NCBI GenBank assembly: GCA_951406725.2
Contig: OX597830.1
Span: 35,960,001-36,024,000, forward strand
Reading direction: 5' to 3'
DNA from: Octopus vulgaris
Lineage: Eukaryota
Length of the DNA: 64,000 nt
Below are positions 14,790 to 27,805 of this stretch, one piece after another. How positions within the stretch are numbered: the stretch's first letter is position 1; every line of letters begins with the position of its first letter. The notes beneath the pieces were generated by a model. It was not told the origin of the DNA. It saw nothing but the letters and a program-made list of their open reading frames with translations, and did no database searches. The position numbers and the translations under genes are program-made.

Positions 14790-15750
14790 AGGTAAAAAAT
14801 GCCCGAGGAGTGGCGGGAAATGCCGAAGGGGCAAAATCACAAGGAAGAGGGTAAAATAGAGAGGCGATGGATGAAATGCATGAAAGAGGAGGGACATTCC
14901 CGAGGAGGGTGATGAAATGCACGAGGAGGGGGATGTAATGCCCTAGGAGGGGATGGAATTACCACGGAAGGGGAGTGAAAACCCGAGGGTGAACATCCCA
15001 ATGCCTAGCAGGTACTCGTGTGGGTGAAAATACGTAGGGGCGAAAATATTCAGGGGGTGAAAATACCCAGATAACCAAAATTCCGAAGCGGTCCAAATTC
15101 CTAGGGGGCGAAAATACCCAGGGGGGCGAAAATACTTAAGGTGAAATACTTTGGCGCGAAAGTACCTAGTGGCGAAAATACCTGGGAGTATTCCCGAGGA
15201 GAGGGATGAAAAAACTGTGGAAGAGGGTGAAATTCTTGAGAACGGGTGAAAATTCCAAGGAGGGGTAAAATGCCAGACAGAGGAGGGGGTGAAAATCCCG
15301 AGGAGGGGTGAAATACCTGAGTAGGGGTGAAAATCTTGAGGAATGGTGAAATGCCTGAGGAGGGGAATGTAAATCTTGAGGAGGAGTGAAAACGTTGAGA
15401 GGGTGAGATACCGGAGCAGGGGTAAAATGCCAGAGTAGGGGATGTAATGCCCGTTGAGGGGGTGTATTCCTCAAGGTATTTTGCCCCCACCCGGTATTTT
15501 CGCCTCCTATGCATTTCGTTCCCATGGTATTTTCGCCCCACGTATTTCGCTCCCCGTATTTTTGCCCCCTAGGCATTTTCGTCCCCTAGGTATTTTCGTT
15601 CCCTTAGGTAGTTTGCCCCCCTTAGAATTTAGATCGCCTAGTAATTTTGGCTCCCTGGTATTTTCACCCCTAAATATTTTCGCCTCTTAGGTATTTTCTC
15701 CCCCACCCGTATCTGCTAGGTCTAGGGATTTTCACCCGACTCCTCGAGCA
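14790..15750. mobile_element. Foldback-like non-autonomous DNA element built of 14-20 bp subrepeats with long imperfect inverted arms
   Basis: GGGG(C/T)GAAAATACC-type units on the left and their complement GGTATTTTC(G/A)CCCC on the right; arm about 14985-15185 is colinear with the reverse complement of about 15475-15740 (CCTAGCAGGTAC vs CCTAGCAGATAC). Confidence 0.75.
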
Positions 15751-15978
15751 TTTCCCAAAAATTTTCGGTCTTGTGCTTAGAGAATAAAAGAATATATAGA
15801 TATCTACATATTTTTACTTGTATATTCATCGTCTGACAATTTTCAGGCTTTGCTTTCTCTCCATTCACATATATGCATGTATGCATAATTTGTATATCTA
15901 ACCCAAGAAGTTTTATTTCTTTATTTGCAAAATTCTCTCTCACTTTCCATACCTCCTCTTCCTCCTCCTCCTCCAATT

Positions 15979-16010
<32 letters not shown>

Positions 16011-16071
16011 TATATAAGAAATTAAAAATTGAAAAAGGAACGTGAAAGTTTACAATACAATAAACTTCGTT

Positions 16072-16149
16072 AGCTTACAGCTCACTCTGCTATAAGGTGT
16101 AGTGCACTCGGCGTGTGCTTGGGTTTCACCTAATAGTTTCTTCAGAGCT
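16072..16149 (-). ncRNA. Decayed type I hammerhead-like motif with long stem II
   Basis: Minus strand AGCT-CTGAAGA-aa-CTAT(t)AGGTG...CACCT(t)ATAG-ca-GAGT-gagct-GTA-AGCT; stems I and II and the GUA site are retained, the GAAA box is mutated. Confidence 0.5.
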
Positions 16150-16449
16150 TCTAAGATATATGTAATCGAGGGCATTTGTATACACATACAGAACACAATT
16201 GCATACATACATATATTCATTTACACACACACACAGACATGTATATATAAGTAATTACCATCATCAGATTGATTCCTTGGTCAGGTGACACATCATTCCT
16301 TATTTGTCTTTCATAACAATATATCTCATCATTTCCTTGCTTTCTCATTGTCTCGAATATTATCTCGTATGCTTTTATCATCTCGTCGTTGTCTACATTT
16401 CATAATGCTGACATGATTTCCAGACTTCTACAGACGCAACTTTTCCTGC

Positions 16450-17165
16450 TTAAAGGAACCCGAAAGAATGAAAGACAAAATCGACCTCGGCGGAATTTGA
16501 GCTTAGAAAGCAAAGACGGACGAAATGTCGCTAATGTTTGCAGCATTTTGTCAAAGATGATAACGGTTCAAAAGCTTGGTGCAAGGCTAGCAATAATGTG
16601 GAAGGAAGCAAGTTGATTAAATCTACCCAGTATTCAACTGGTATTTACTTGATTGACTACAAAATGATCATAGGCAGAATCGACCTCGGCGAAATTTGAA
16701 CTCAGATCGTAAAAGATGGATGATAAGCTTGGCAGCATTTTGTCAAAGCCAACTACAACAACAACGACGACAACAACAATAATAATAATCCTTTCTTCTA
16801 TAGGTACAAGGCCTGAATTTTGGTGGAGGAGGCTAGTTGATTGCATCGACCCCAGTACTCCACTGGTACTTAATCTATCGACATTGAAAGGATGATGACA
16901 AGTTAAGTCGACCTTAGAACACAAGGCCGAACGAAATGCCGCTTAGCATTTTGTCCGGCGTACTAATGATTCTGCAAGCTCACCGCCTTAATAAAAATAA
17001 TAACAATGGTTTCAAATGTTTGCCACAAAGACAGCTTGGAGGTGGAGGGGATTAAGTCGATTACATCGACCCCGGCGGAATTTGAACTCAGAACACAACG
17101 CCAGACGAAATGCTGCTAAGCATTTTGCCCGACGTGCTAACGATTCTGTCAGCTTGCCACCTTAA
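16450..17165 (-). mobile_element. Cluster of about 4 SINE family A copies
   Basis: Repeated TCGACCTCGGCGGAATTTGAACTCAG..GAAATGC..CCGCCTTA in the same orientation. Confidence 0.82.
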
Positions 17166-17311
17166 TACTACTACTAATAATAATATTAATAATAATAATA
17201 ATAATAATATATTGTCAATGTCCTGTAGTACTGCATATCTTACCTCTTACCAATGTCATCTTCCTCAACATTAAACCACACCCCTATCACCACCTCTTAT
17301 AATGATGATGT

Positions 17312-17354
<43 letters not shown>

Positions 17355-17432
17355 AAATATTATCTTCAATATCACTATTGTCATTTTCATCGGCTGCAGA
17401 AACAAATGCATACATACATATGCACTGGTGTG

Positions 17433-17497
<65 letters not shown>

Positions 17498-19019
17498 TTA
17501 TATGTATGTATATATACTTATATACGTTAATATATATTCGTTGACACACACACACACGCACATGCATAAGTATGTATATGTATATATCAACGGATATATA
17601 TAAACGTATATAAATATACATACACTTGCTCACACTTACGCATGTATGTATGTATGTAAGTATTGTTTTGGGGTGAACGAGCGTGTTTTTATGTTTGTAT
17701 TTGGCAGCGAGTTTTAACGTTACACCCCGATAAATTAGCGATTTGGCAAAACAACCGGTAAAGCATACACCTGGCGCTTAAAAAGAGTCCTGAGATTCAT
17801 TGTTCGGTTAAACCGTTGAAGGATGTGCCCCAGCATGGCCACAATGCAATGTCTGCAATTAATAAAAAAAAATAGCAGAAATCGTAATGAAATTCCCAAA
17901 GTTTAATCTTTGAAATAATTAAACTTATAGATTTTCATTTTAATATGAACGTAGTATTTAATACTTTTCTATATGCCTAAACATTTCACGCATATCTCCA
18001 AAGCTACTCACAGCAGAACAACAATCCACTTTTATTGTAGTCGCATATATTAATTTATTTTTTATGCATTGTCAAATTTCGATCTCGCATCAATATTTTT
18101 TCTTTGCAAGTTATTTATATTGTACTTTTTCATGTAGGTTTATTGTCATTATATTGTATCACATTACTGTATTTACATTCCATACATAAATTTCTCTGAT
18201 AGTTTACGATGAGAAGATATACCTATTTTGAAGTTGTATGAGTAATATATATTTACATGTATATGCATGTGAGTCTAAGATATCTATATCTATATTTATT
18301 TTATATATACACACACACACACAAACACACACACACATATATATATACATTATGTGTGTGTGTATTATGAGGCAATTATATCAAATTTCATTACATTATA
18401 ATTTTTTTAACATTTTACATTACCAAATTATTTAAGTAATCATTTTTTTCCTATTTTGTTATCGCCTATTTAAACTATTAACTATTCTGCAACGGTAATT
18501 TCTGATTTTGCAATAAATTCTAAAAAATATATTTTCTCAAATTTAATCTACATTGATTATCTCCTCACTCTATCTTAATAACACAAGGGAGAGATAATTG
18601 GGCTATATTAATTTTTTTTTATTCAAACACATTGTCTGTTCATTCGAAAATGTTCTAATACCTACAAAACAGTCTATGAAACTGAATTTGTTATTTAACG
18701 ATTTTTAATTTCTTATTTTATTTTTAATGCACCCAATAAATTTAATTCAATATCGTTATTGATGTCTAATTTATATCTTCCTTTATTATTCACCCTGGTG
18801 TAAGTTCGATTCCTGGATGATTTGCATGTTGCGTTACAGAGCAAGACATTTCCTTTTATGTTTTCCCAGTACACTCAGCTGCCAGTGTGGATCAGTAAAA
18901 CATGTGCTCAAACTGTGCACAATTGGCTGCAAGGACAAGGAGAATGAGTTATATTTTCATCGAAAATACTTTCATAATCCGACGGCACTCTGTAGGGCTG
19001 CGCCAGTCATCTATATATT

Positions 19020-19622
19020 CTTTTCTACTCTAAGCACAAGGCCCGGAATTTTGAGGAAGTGGGGTCAATCGATTAGATCGACCCCACTAAGCATCTGGTA
19101 CTGAATTTCTCAACCTCGAAAGGATGAAAGGCAAAGTCGACCTCGGCGGGATTTCAACTCAGAACGTAATGACACGAAATACTACAAAGCATTTTGCCCG
19201 GTGTGCAAACGTTTCTTATTTCTTTATTGCCCACAAGGGGCTAAACACAGAGGGGACAAACAAAGACAGACAAAGGGATTAAGTAGATTACATCGACTCC
19301 AGTGCGTAACTGGTACTTAATTTATCCACCCCTAGAGGATGAAAGGAAAAGTCGACCTCGGCGGAATTTGAAGCCAGAACGTACCGGCAGACGAAATATC
19401 TATTTCTTTAGTACCCACAAGGGGCTAAACACAGAGAGTACAAACAAGGACAGACAAACGGATTAAATCGATTATATCAACCTCAGTACTTATTTAATCG
19501 ACCCCGAAAGCATGAAAGGCAAAGTCGACCTCGGCGGAATTTGAACTCAGAACGTAGCGAGAGGCGAAATACGGCTAAGCATTTCGCCCGACGTGCTAAC
19601 GTTTCTGCCAGCTCGCTGCCTT
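19020..19622 (-). mobile_element. Composite (trimeric) SINE family A with 16-bp target-site duplication
   Basis: Three central domains; flanks CAGTCATCTATATATT (19004-19019) and CAGACATCTATATATT (19623-19638). Confidence 0.85.
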
Positions 19623-19633
19623 CAGACATCTAT

Positions 19634-20258
19634 ATATTATTATCATTCTTTTAACTCCGATTTTATCGGACCACCTGCAATGTTTCATGAGCAGCGGCCT
19701 ACGGTACAATGCTCTTCGTTCCTTTTAACCAACTAATCATTTCCTAATAGTTCTGGCTGTGACCAGAAGGAAAATGTTTGCAATATCTATACCAGACCCT
19801 CACCCATTTTCTTTATGCTCTTCTCAGTACCTATTGGCACTATCCTAAGGACCCAAAAATGATTGGCACAATATTCACCCTTGTTTCTTTCACATTCGTA
19901 CTATCACTTATTTCAAAGGATTGTATACGGCTACATTCTTTCCTTCTTTCTTAACTATCCGTCGGGGAAATGGTCATGTAACATTAATTATAGAACATAT
20001 GAGATTTATTCTGTTCACCACAACTAGGTCTGGTTTGTTGGGGTCAAGCACTAGGTCTACTGTGTTGGGAGATCTTAGAAGTTTTTGTAGGTCTCCGACT
20101 CAGTAACTCTGTGCTTTGTGGTTCTACAATGTCTTACCCCAACTTTTCTCTAACCCCCACTTTTCACACAGATTACAATGGAGAACTCTCGCTACCTAAT
20201 TGCGTCACTACAACTTATGCTGATTTTAGGCAAGTTTGGAACATTCATTTACAATATC
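19634..20258 (-). pseudogene. Heavily decayed RLE-type (R4/Dong-like) LINE 3' fragment
   Basis: Minus-strand frames give DIVNECSKLA..VARVLHCNLCEKWGLE..NKPDLVVVNRINLICSIINVT..LLVTARTIRK with many stops; short AATGATAATAAT tail. Confidence 0.75.
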
Positions 20259-20336
20259 AGTTTTATTAGTTTTATTTTAATTATGATTGCATGCACTCTT
20301 AATTTCTAAACACAATAAATGTTTTTGCCAACAATA

Positions 20337-20403
<67 letters not shown>

Positions 20404-20435
20404 CGTGTGTGTCAATATATATATATATATATATG

Positions 20436-20477
<42 letters not shown>

Positions 20478-20999
20478 TATATATATATATTTGTATACAT
20501 ACATCCATGCATGCATACATACATATATAAAATACCGAAAAAGTGGGAATAAAATGGCAAAAAAATTCAGTCCTGGGGTCGATTTCTCCGACTAAAAGAA
20601 ACCCATCTAGAGGTGTTCCAGCATGGCCGCAATCAAATGACCGAAACAATTAGAATAATTAAACGAAAAGCATTTTTGCGGCGTGCAACCGATTCTGCCA
20701 ACTCATTGACTTTCAGAAGGCTTTACTATTTTTTAAAGCCTAGTACTTATTTTATCGGTCTCTTTTGCCGAAGTTACGGGGACGTAAATAATGTGCGTAA
20801 TTCGCCATCTCTCAAATAGAGAACAATGGTGAGCCAGTTTAAATATCCTATAACACATTTAAAATTTATGTATTAAATATAATATGCGTTGTTATCAGAC
20901 GATATTTTACTAAACTTTGGTTCTCTTAACTCCACTGATATTCCATAGTGTTGTAATTCATCTAAATATACCTGTCTGTGAGTGTGAGAGTTCATTATA

Positions 21000-21245
21000 T
21001 ACACACTGGGGGGGGGGGGGGTCAATGTAATCGACTTAATCCCTTTGTCTGTCCTTGTTTATCCCCCTCTATGTTTAGCCCCTTATGGGCAATAAAGAAA
21101 TAAGAATGATAAGCATTTCGTCCGGCTATAAATTTTGAGTTCGACTTTGCCTTTCATCCTTTCCAGGGTCAATAAGTATAAAGTACAAGTTGAACACTGG
21201 GGCCGATATAATCAACTTCAACACTCCCTAAAATTGCTGGCCTTG
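21000..21245 (+). mobile_element. SINE family A fragments
   Basis: CACTGGGG..GTCAATGTAATCGACTTAATCCC..TCGACTTTGCCTTTCATCCTTTC. Confidence 0.8.
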
Positions 21246-21848
21246 AGAGAGAGGTATTCAGGTGAAACAGACTGATGGACAAACCGGCAAGCGTAGCGAC
21301 AGGGATTGAAAGAGGAAAATGACAAAACAGCGTAAGAGAAACGGTGTGTATAAATTTACATCAATCCATAAGGAAAACTGTCTACATTTATGACCATCAG
21401 CTTTAGAAGTCCATTTATTTATTTAATATATTTTCTATGCACATATACACATACACACACGAATGATGTTTTTTAAATACATTGGACGAATGGCAGCAAA
21501 AAAAAAAAATTTGAATTTATGTATTTATTGATGCATTCCTGTTATTTTAACTATTGTTAATATTTTATCTTTGTTTCACATGAAAGTTAGTGATGTTTTA
21601 TTATTATCTTGTCCGCCTCGTTATTCAGCAACATCACAATTGTGAAAAAGAAAAAAAAAATTAAATTAAAAAAATATCTTCCCGGAAAATATAACGAGAT
21701 AAGCTCTATTGAAACGTTTAAAAAACATTCATTGCTTCGTTATTTTTATTTTTTTTGTTAATATTTGCATGCCTATATACATACACACACATATAGACAC
21801 ACACTCACAGACACGCACACATATCTATATATGTATGTATATATATAT

Positions 21849-21896
<48 letters not shown>

Positions 21897-22057
21897 GCAC
21901 TGTATACATATACGAATATACGAATGTATATATATGTGTATATATATATATCAAGATACTATATGTATACACATATATATTTATATATATATACATACAC
22001 ATATGCATATATGTGTGTGTCTGTATCTAAAACTACGAGTACGCACATATATGTATG

Positions 22058-22117
<60 letters not shown>

Positions 22118-22312
22118 ATGCGTATATGCATATATAAAATTCGTGAGAACATACCTTTAGGATTACACTCATGTGTATATACACACTTATATATATTATA
22201 TAGAAGCCTAGAAACTTATATATATATATAAATCTCTGTGTGTGCGTGCGTATGTGTGTATTGTGCGTGTGTGTATGTGTGTGTTTGTGTGTATGTGTGT
22301 TATAAAAGCATA

Positions 22313-22915
22313 CAGTGCTGACGGTATTTCTTCGCATGATGACTGGCTCGAGAAAAAATAAAACTGTTTCTATATTTTGAGACAAATTCGTCAAATTCGA
22401 GTCTGTTTTGTCTTCATGACAAGTTCTGTCTACCTCACTCATTGAACCCACCTTCGGCCTCTATAAAATCCTACAGACTGCCTCGGAACCGGTCACTGGC
22501 CTTCGTTACTAAGCCACGTTTTAGGTCTCCTAAGGGTCTGGTAATCCTGGTCCTCAGTTCGTCCTTTATGTTGGAAAAGGCTCTGTTGATTTCTCGTTCC
22601 ACCGCGCCTCCTACCACAAACAAGTCGAGGGTGATTTGTCAGGGGAAATTCTCCAACATCTAGGCCTGAATGTTCTGAATGGTATGGCAGGACGCAGAGC
22701 CTTGCAGTTACATGTGCAGCCTCCGTGCAGCTATCCGGTCGATATAGTGTTTCACCACCTCGCCCAGAACACGGATGTAGCCATCGAGGTTCAACCTAAG
22801 GCTATCAGGAAAAAAAGTTGGGTGGCATGGAACCAACTTCAATGCTGACGACACCGATGACCATGATTTTCGTTGGAAATTTCGTCTGCATGATTCTGGA
22901 CATTTCATTGGGTAA
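22313..22915 (-). mobile_element. Tc1/mariner-superfamily transposon relic (transposase C-terminal half plus one terminus)
   Basis: Minus strand [79 protein letters not shown] (decayed QQDxAPxH and NPLDY-VW motifs); TA|CAGTG terminus at 22311-22317. Confidence 0.85.
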
Positions 22916-23284
22916 TTCAGCGAGAGTTAAGGGTGTTGCAAGATCTGCAAGAAGCAATAACAAAATTCATATTATATTAAGTACTCACTGTCCTGTCAAT
23001 TCGTTAGCATTTAACCAATTGACTAATCGATTGTATATATCATTGGTTAACTGTTCGGACAATCAGTAAGCAAACTCTCTCAAAGTCCTTTCGTCGCCAT
23101 TCGTGGCCTCATCAATGACAAGCACTCTCTACTCCACGTCTTCCTACCAGTTTCTTCATATTGTATTTCGATTTTTGTTAGATACAGAAAAAAAGAGAAT
23201 AGTGCAATGAATTAAATATCACGAAAATACAAAGATGATTTGGAGCGAAAAGAAATGGATAACAATCAACAATATTAATATTAA

Positions 23285-23490
23285 AAAGAACTGGCAGAAT
23301 CGTTGGTACGACAGACAACATGTTCAGCGGCATTTCGTCTGTCTATACGTCCTTAGTTCAAATGCCGCCTAGATTCACTTTGCTTTTCATCCCCTTTCGG
23401 GATCGATAAAATAAGTGCAAGGTGAGCACTGAGATAGATCTAATCGGCTTACCCTTCACCCGAAATTGTTAGCCTTGTACCAAAAATGGA
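23285..23490 (+). mobile_element. Diverged SINE family A copy
   Basis: CTGGCAGAATCGTT..TAGTTCAAATGCCGCC..CTTTGCTTTTCATCC. Confidence 0.78.
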
Positions 23491-24369
23491 AAACTAACAT
23501 TAAAATTATAGTCGGAGACGTTAAGAATAACCCAGAGGAAAGTGTATTTACTAAAGTAGGAATCTACATAAGAGTATCGATAAATGTCATACGAGATCCA
23601 TGGCACAACAGCTGTTTCTGAATTTATTTCTTATTGTGAATATAATAAGAGATAAAGTTACGAAAATGTGTGTCAGAATATAGACAACTTTTAAGGTAGT
23701 CATATTGACAGTATTAATGACTACTAAAATTACGACAGACATACAGGAGCGGAGCTATATCTTTCAAAGTATGCAATGAGCAATCATTTAGGATGCCATT
23801 CATGCGCGAATTATTGTATATTTAGATTGGGCGCAACACATAAATGTTGTTATTTGTCTCTTATTGCAATGGTTATAATGTGTAAAGATTTGGTTAGCCC
23901 ACACGGAATTGTGATGATCGATAACAAGTTTATTGTTTATAACGTTTTTCCTCCTGTCGAGAACTTACTAAAATTTCTAGATGTCAACTTTGTGATATGT
24001 TACTGTACATGACATGAAGATATATGTAACAAAATTAATTTGCAGACAGGTAATAACCAATTCATCTGAATGATAGGAAATTAGATTATGAAAAGCTTGA
24101 GCCAACGAATGAGACTCTACATCGTCGCATAAGACACTGGTGCCACGAAGCAACGAGAGAGATGCAATCAATACATTCGATCAATCTGTTAGAAAAGACA
24201 ATCAAAATTTCGGTTTCCTTCGGAAGTGAAGGTCATATTGGTTACTTGAGAACATATTGTAGTACGTCTGAAAATTAAAGAAAAAATTCTCAAATTTGAA
24301 ATGAGTTGTTAGTTCAAGCTCTAATTCGAACTTGAACGGTAGTTTACGGTCAACGATCATAGGTTTTTG

Positions 24370-24730
24370 ATGTTAGGCGCAGGCATGGCTGTATGGCTAA
24401 GAAGTTCACTTCACAACCGTATTGTTTCGAGTTCAGTCCAACTGAGCGATAGATTGGGCAAGTGTCTTCTAATAGAGAACCAAGCCGGCTAATAATGCCT
24501 TATGAGCGAATCTCATGGACGGAAACTGTGTAGAAGCCTTTATGAAAATATATGAGTGTATGAGTGCGAGTGTGTGGAGTTTGTGAGCATGTGTGTTTTG
24601 TATATCTATATCTATTTATGAGTGCGTACCTCTTTGTCATTGTCTCTACAACCAGTATTGATCCGTTTACGTTTGTGTCTTATAGCGGTTCGGCAAAGAG
24701 AGGTCTATAGAATACATAACAGGTTTAAAG
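24370..24730 (+). mobile_element. SINE family B copy
   Basis: AGGCGCAGGCATGGCTGTATGGCTAAGAAG..GAGTTCAGTCC..TTGGGCAAGTGTCTTCT..GACGGAAACTG. Confidence 0.8.
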
Positions 24731-24762
24731 TACACACACACACATCTTTCTATTTATCTATC

Positions 24763-24834
<72 letters not shown>

Positions 24835-24968
24835 TACAGACATACATTCATACATACATACATACATACATACATACATACATACATACATACATACATA
24901 CATACATACATACATACATACATACATACATACACCATTGGTTTCATGTTAACAAAAGTACGAAAATA

Positions 24969-25228
24969 TCCTAGTGTCTTAACAAATTCTCAAGCCGATC
25001 ACTTGGAGGTAGGTGTTCACCTCCATTTCGGAAACCACAGCTTCGGTTATTTTCTCGTGAATTCTAATGAATGAAACAATAAACGATAATGAAACAATAA
25101 ACCACAGCTTCGGTTATTTTCTCGTGAATTCTAATGAATGAAACAATAAAACGAGGTAAGAATTTCCAAAATGGAGGCGAACACCTTTCTCCATGTGATC
25201 AGTTAAAAAATTGTTAAGACTCTACGGA
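24969..25228. mobile_element. MITE with about 60-bp terminal inverted repeats and an internal 67-bp tandem duplication
   Basis: 24976-25034 GTCTTAACAA..GATCACTTGGAG..GGTGTTCACCTCCATTTCGGAAA matches the reverse complement of 25163-25220; AAACCACAGCTTCGG..GAAACAATAAA repeated at 25032 and 25099. Confidence 0.85.
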
Positions 25229-25679
25229 AGAGGGAAGATACGAGAATCTTTATTGATCGCCACAATTGTTTCGACTTACTTAACATTGATCCCACGGGGG
25301 TAGGATATTGGATATCTTGTTTAAGTGTAAAACTCGTTGTAGATGTATCAATTAAAGAGGTATCTCGTTAAAATAAACGCTGTTTTGCAAGATTGCTTCT
25401 TCGTCTCCGTATATAGAAATGGCAAATAAAGGTATTGTTTCACTCTTATATAAGATACAAAACAAATATCAGATAAAAAAGAAACACATACATAATGCAG
25501 TGAAACTGTATTAGATATGAGCGTTAGTAGATATGAATGTACAAACGCCTACACCTAGTGGTCTGGCGCACGTACAAACGCACACACACATACATGCACA
25601 CACACGCGCACGTTGTTTTTGCGCACATACACTCGCGCACAGAATTAAGTAGATATTAATAAAGTCAGCGCCTATTACT

Positions 25680-26650
25680 GGCTTGGTAAGTCCGCTTGGT
25701 AAGGAGTCAAAGTTTCTGTGTGCAATTCACTGGGTTTGGCTAGTGCAATTATAGCAGTTATACAGTCATAAATACGGACATAGATATAGATATAGCAGAT
25801 GCGTATTCTTTCCAATGAAACAACCGATTGTCTGTAAAAAGTACCAATGCATGTAAAAACCAAATATATCGCCAGCAAAGACAGACTTGGATTTCTTTGC
25901 GTTTTCATCTCGCAGTGAGGGATGTTTATTGAGAGACTCGAGCTGGTATTTTTCTCACTCTAAGCAGTACACAATAGCCAAGGGGTATCCCAGTGATACC
26001 GGTACCTAGAATGGTATTGTGGTTAAAAGAATGTGGAGGTTGCGGTTATTCCTCCATACATTTAAGTAAAGGTGGTTATTAATTTATCTAAAAGTTACTC
26101 TAATTCGTGCCCACTATATTGTACAAAAGTGCACTTATTAGCATGCAAGAATCTTGATAGTCTTTCATAAATCCTTTTAACGAGCCTTTTATTGGTCCAC
26201 AAAATGGACAGTGATTCCTCAGAGCACAATCTGCATCTCCTGAAAAGTACAGTTGTGCATCTCTTCCACACAAAATCAGCAAAAGATGTCGAGTGCCACT
26301 TGTTGATTTTATTGAAGCTGGCGACATGGTTTTGATATCAATTCCTGAACGAATCAGCGGTTCTACCAATGTAAGCGTACGGTCCTCCCATTGTGTATAC
26401 TGTGCACTTATATACAACATTGATATTCATGCAGAAGTTCATCAATGGGCATTTAGATTTTTCTCTGCATGAACATTTATTATCTTCAGTTGCATTTGTA
26501 GCTCTGCTGACTTCATTTTCCGACAGCGTTACCGCGTTGACTATATCTCTATTTTTGTTATTCTCCCGATGTAGTCACAGCAGGTGCTATTCATTCTGGT
26601 TGGTACTACTTTTCTTCACATTTTGTCCTATGTATCGGTTATTCTCTTGA
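25680..26650 (-). mobile_element. Penelope-like retroelement relic with GIY-YIG endonuclease (coding about 26095-26500)
   Basis: Minus strand CSCR..KCPLMNFCMNINVVYKCTVYTMGGPYAYIGRTADSFRN*YQNHVASF..HSTSFADFVWK..RRCRLCSEESLSIL: Cys-rich linker, VVY-YIG, R--NH and CxLC-EE motifs; frameshifts, a stop and an internal deletion. Confidence 0.85.
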
Positions 26651-26874
26651 AATTCCCCGAGGGAACGCATACACAGACGGATAGATATAAATCAGCTGTT
26701 CAGTATCCCACCTGCGAGGGCTTGATGCTAAATGGATCAAAACAATTTTAATGATCAATAAAGATTCTCGTATCCACCATCTTCCGTGTCTCAGATTAAT
26801 TAAATATATACATATGTGTATGTGTAGATAGATAGATAGACAAACAGACAGACAGACAGGCAGACATATAGATA

Positions 26875-26944
<70 letters not shown>

Positions 26945-27559
26945 GCGTGTGTGTGTGCGTGTATATGTATTTATGGTGGTTATGGAGAAAAGGTTTTTAG
27001 ACATGAACTAAAAACATTCATATACATATATAATACACACACACACATATATATGTGTTATATATATATACATACAAATATATATATAGAGAGAGAAAGA
27101 CACAGAGAGATACATACAAACACACACCACACATCATTATCCACACACCCACACACAATTTTCAATAGCATCACCACACGTATCACTCTCCAAGCAGCCA
27201 CAGTGCACCCACCATCAAGCACACTCCCACACCCACACTAGCACACAATACCTGAACACAGACAATATATACACACACACACGCAACACGCACAAACTAA
27301 TGCATCGCACATAGACAAAGTTCACTTTCGTCCACAAACATACGCTATACATATGCACAATATTTAGTCACATACATTAACACACATACACAAGTGCCCA
27401 TGCCACCTGAACAGACACACATCAACTGCTACACACAACACACACACACATACACGTTCGACTCACTCGCCCCCATTCATACACACACACTCACACACAC
27501 CATTTTCACATGCACACATATGCTTGCACACCCTAGTTAGTTGGGGCCACCATTACCGT

Positions 27560-27805
27560 TATTATCATCTTCCTTTCATTCAACCTCATTTTTTTCCCAG
27601 TCATCTCGCCATGTTGGACCGTTGATCTGTGCAGTTTTTCTCTCTCTGTTCTTTTTCATTCTCTCTCAGTTATTTTCCTTTTAATTCTTTATGCCGAAGA
27701 GCGTAGGCCCGAAAAGTAAAAGACTGTTCAATCTTTCCGGACGTTAAACCTACTTGCTTTCCTACACCTGTCTTCCATTTTTGTCTTCTGTAAATTTGAA
27801 ATATG
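27560..27805 (+). mobile_element. Penelope-like terminal (pLTR-like) fragment with decayed minimal hammerhead at about 27686-27722
   Basis: CTTT-atgccGAAGA-GC gtag GC-cc-GAAA-aGTA-AAAG; downstream sequence resembles the copy at 47905-48125. Confidence 0.5.

Noticed and set aside
15101-15690. Overlapping 78-146 aa ORFs and a CRISPR-like look of the short repeats
   Set aside because: Products of a degenerate minisatellite; no constant repeat with unique spacers, no cas genes, eukaryotic context
26100-26420. 106-aa minus-strand ORF as a gene
   Set aside because: Off-frame reading of the Penelope GIY-YIG relic
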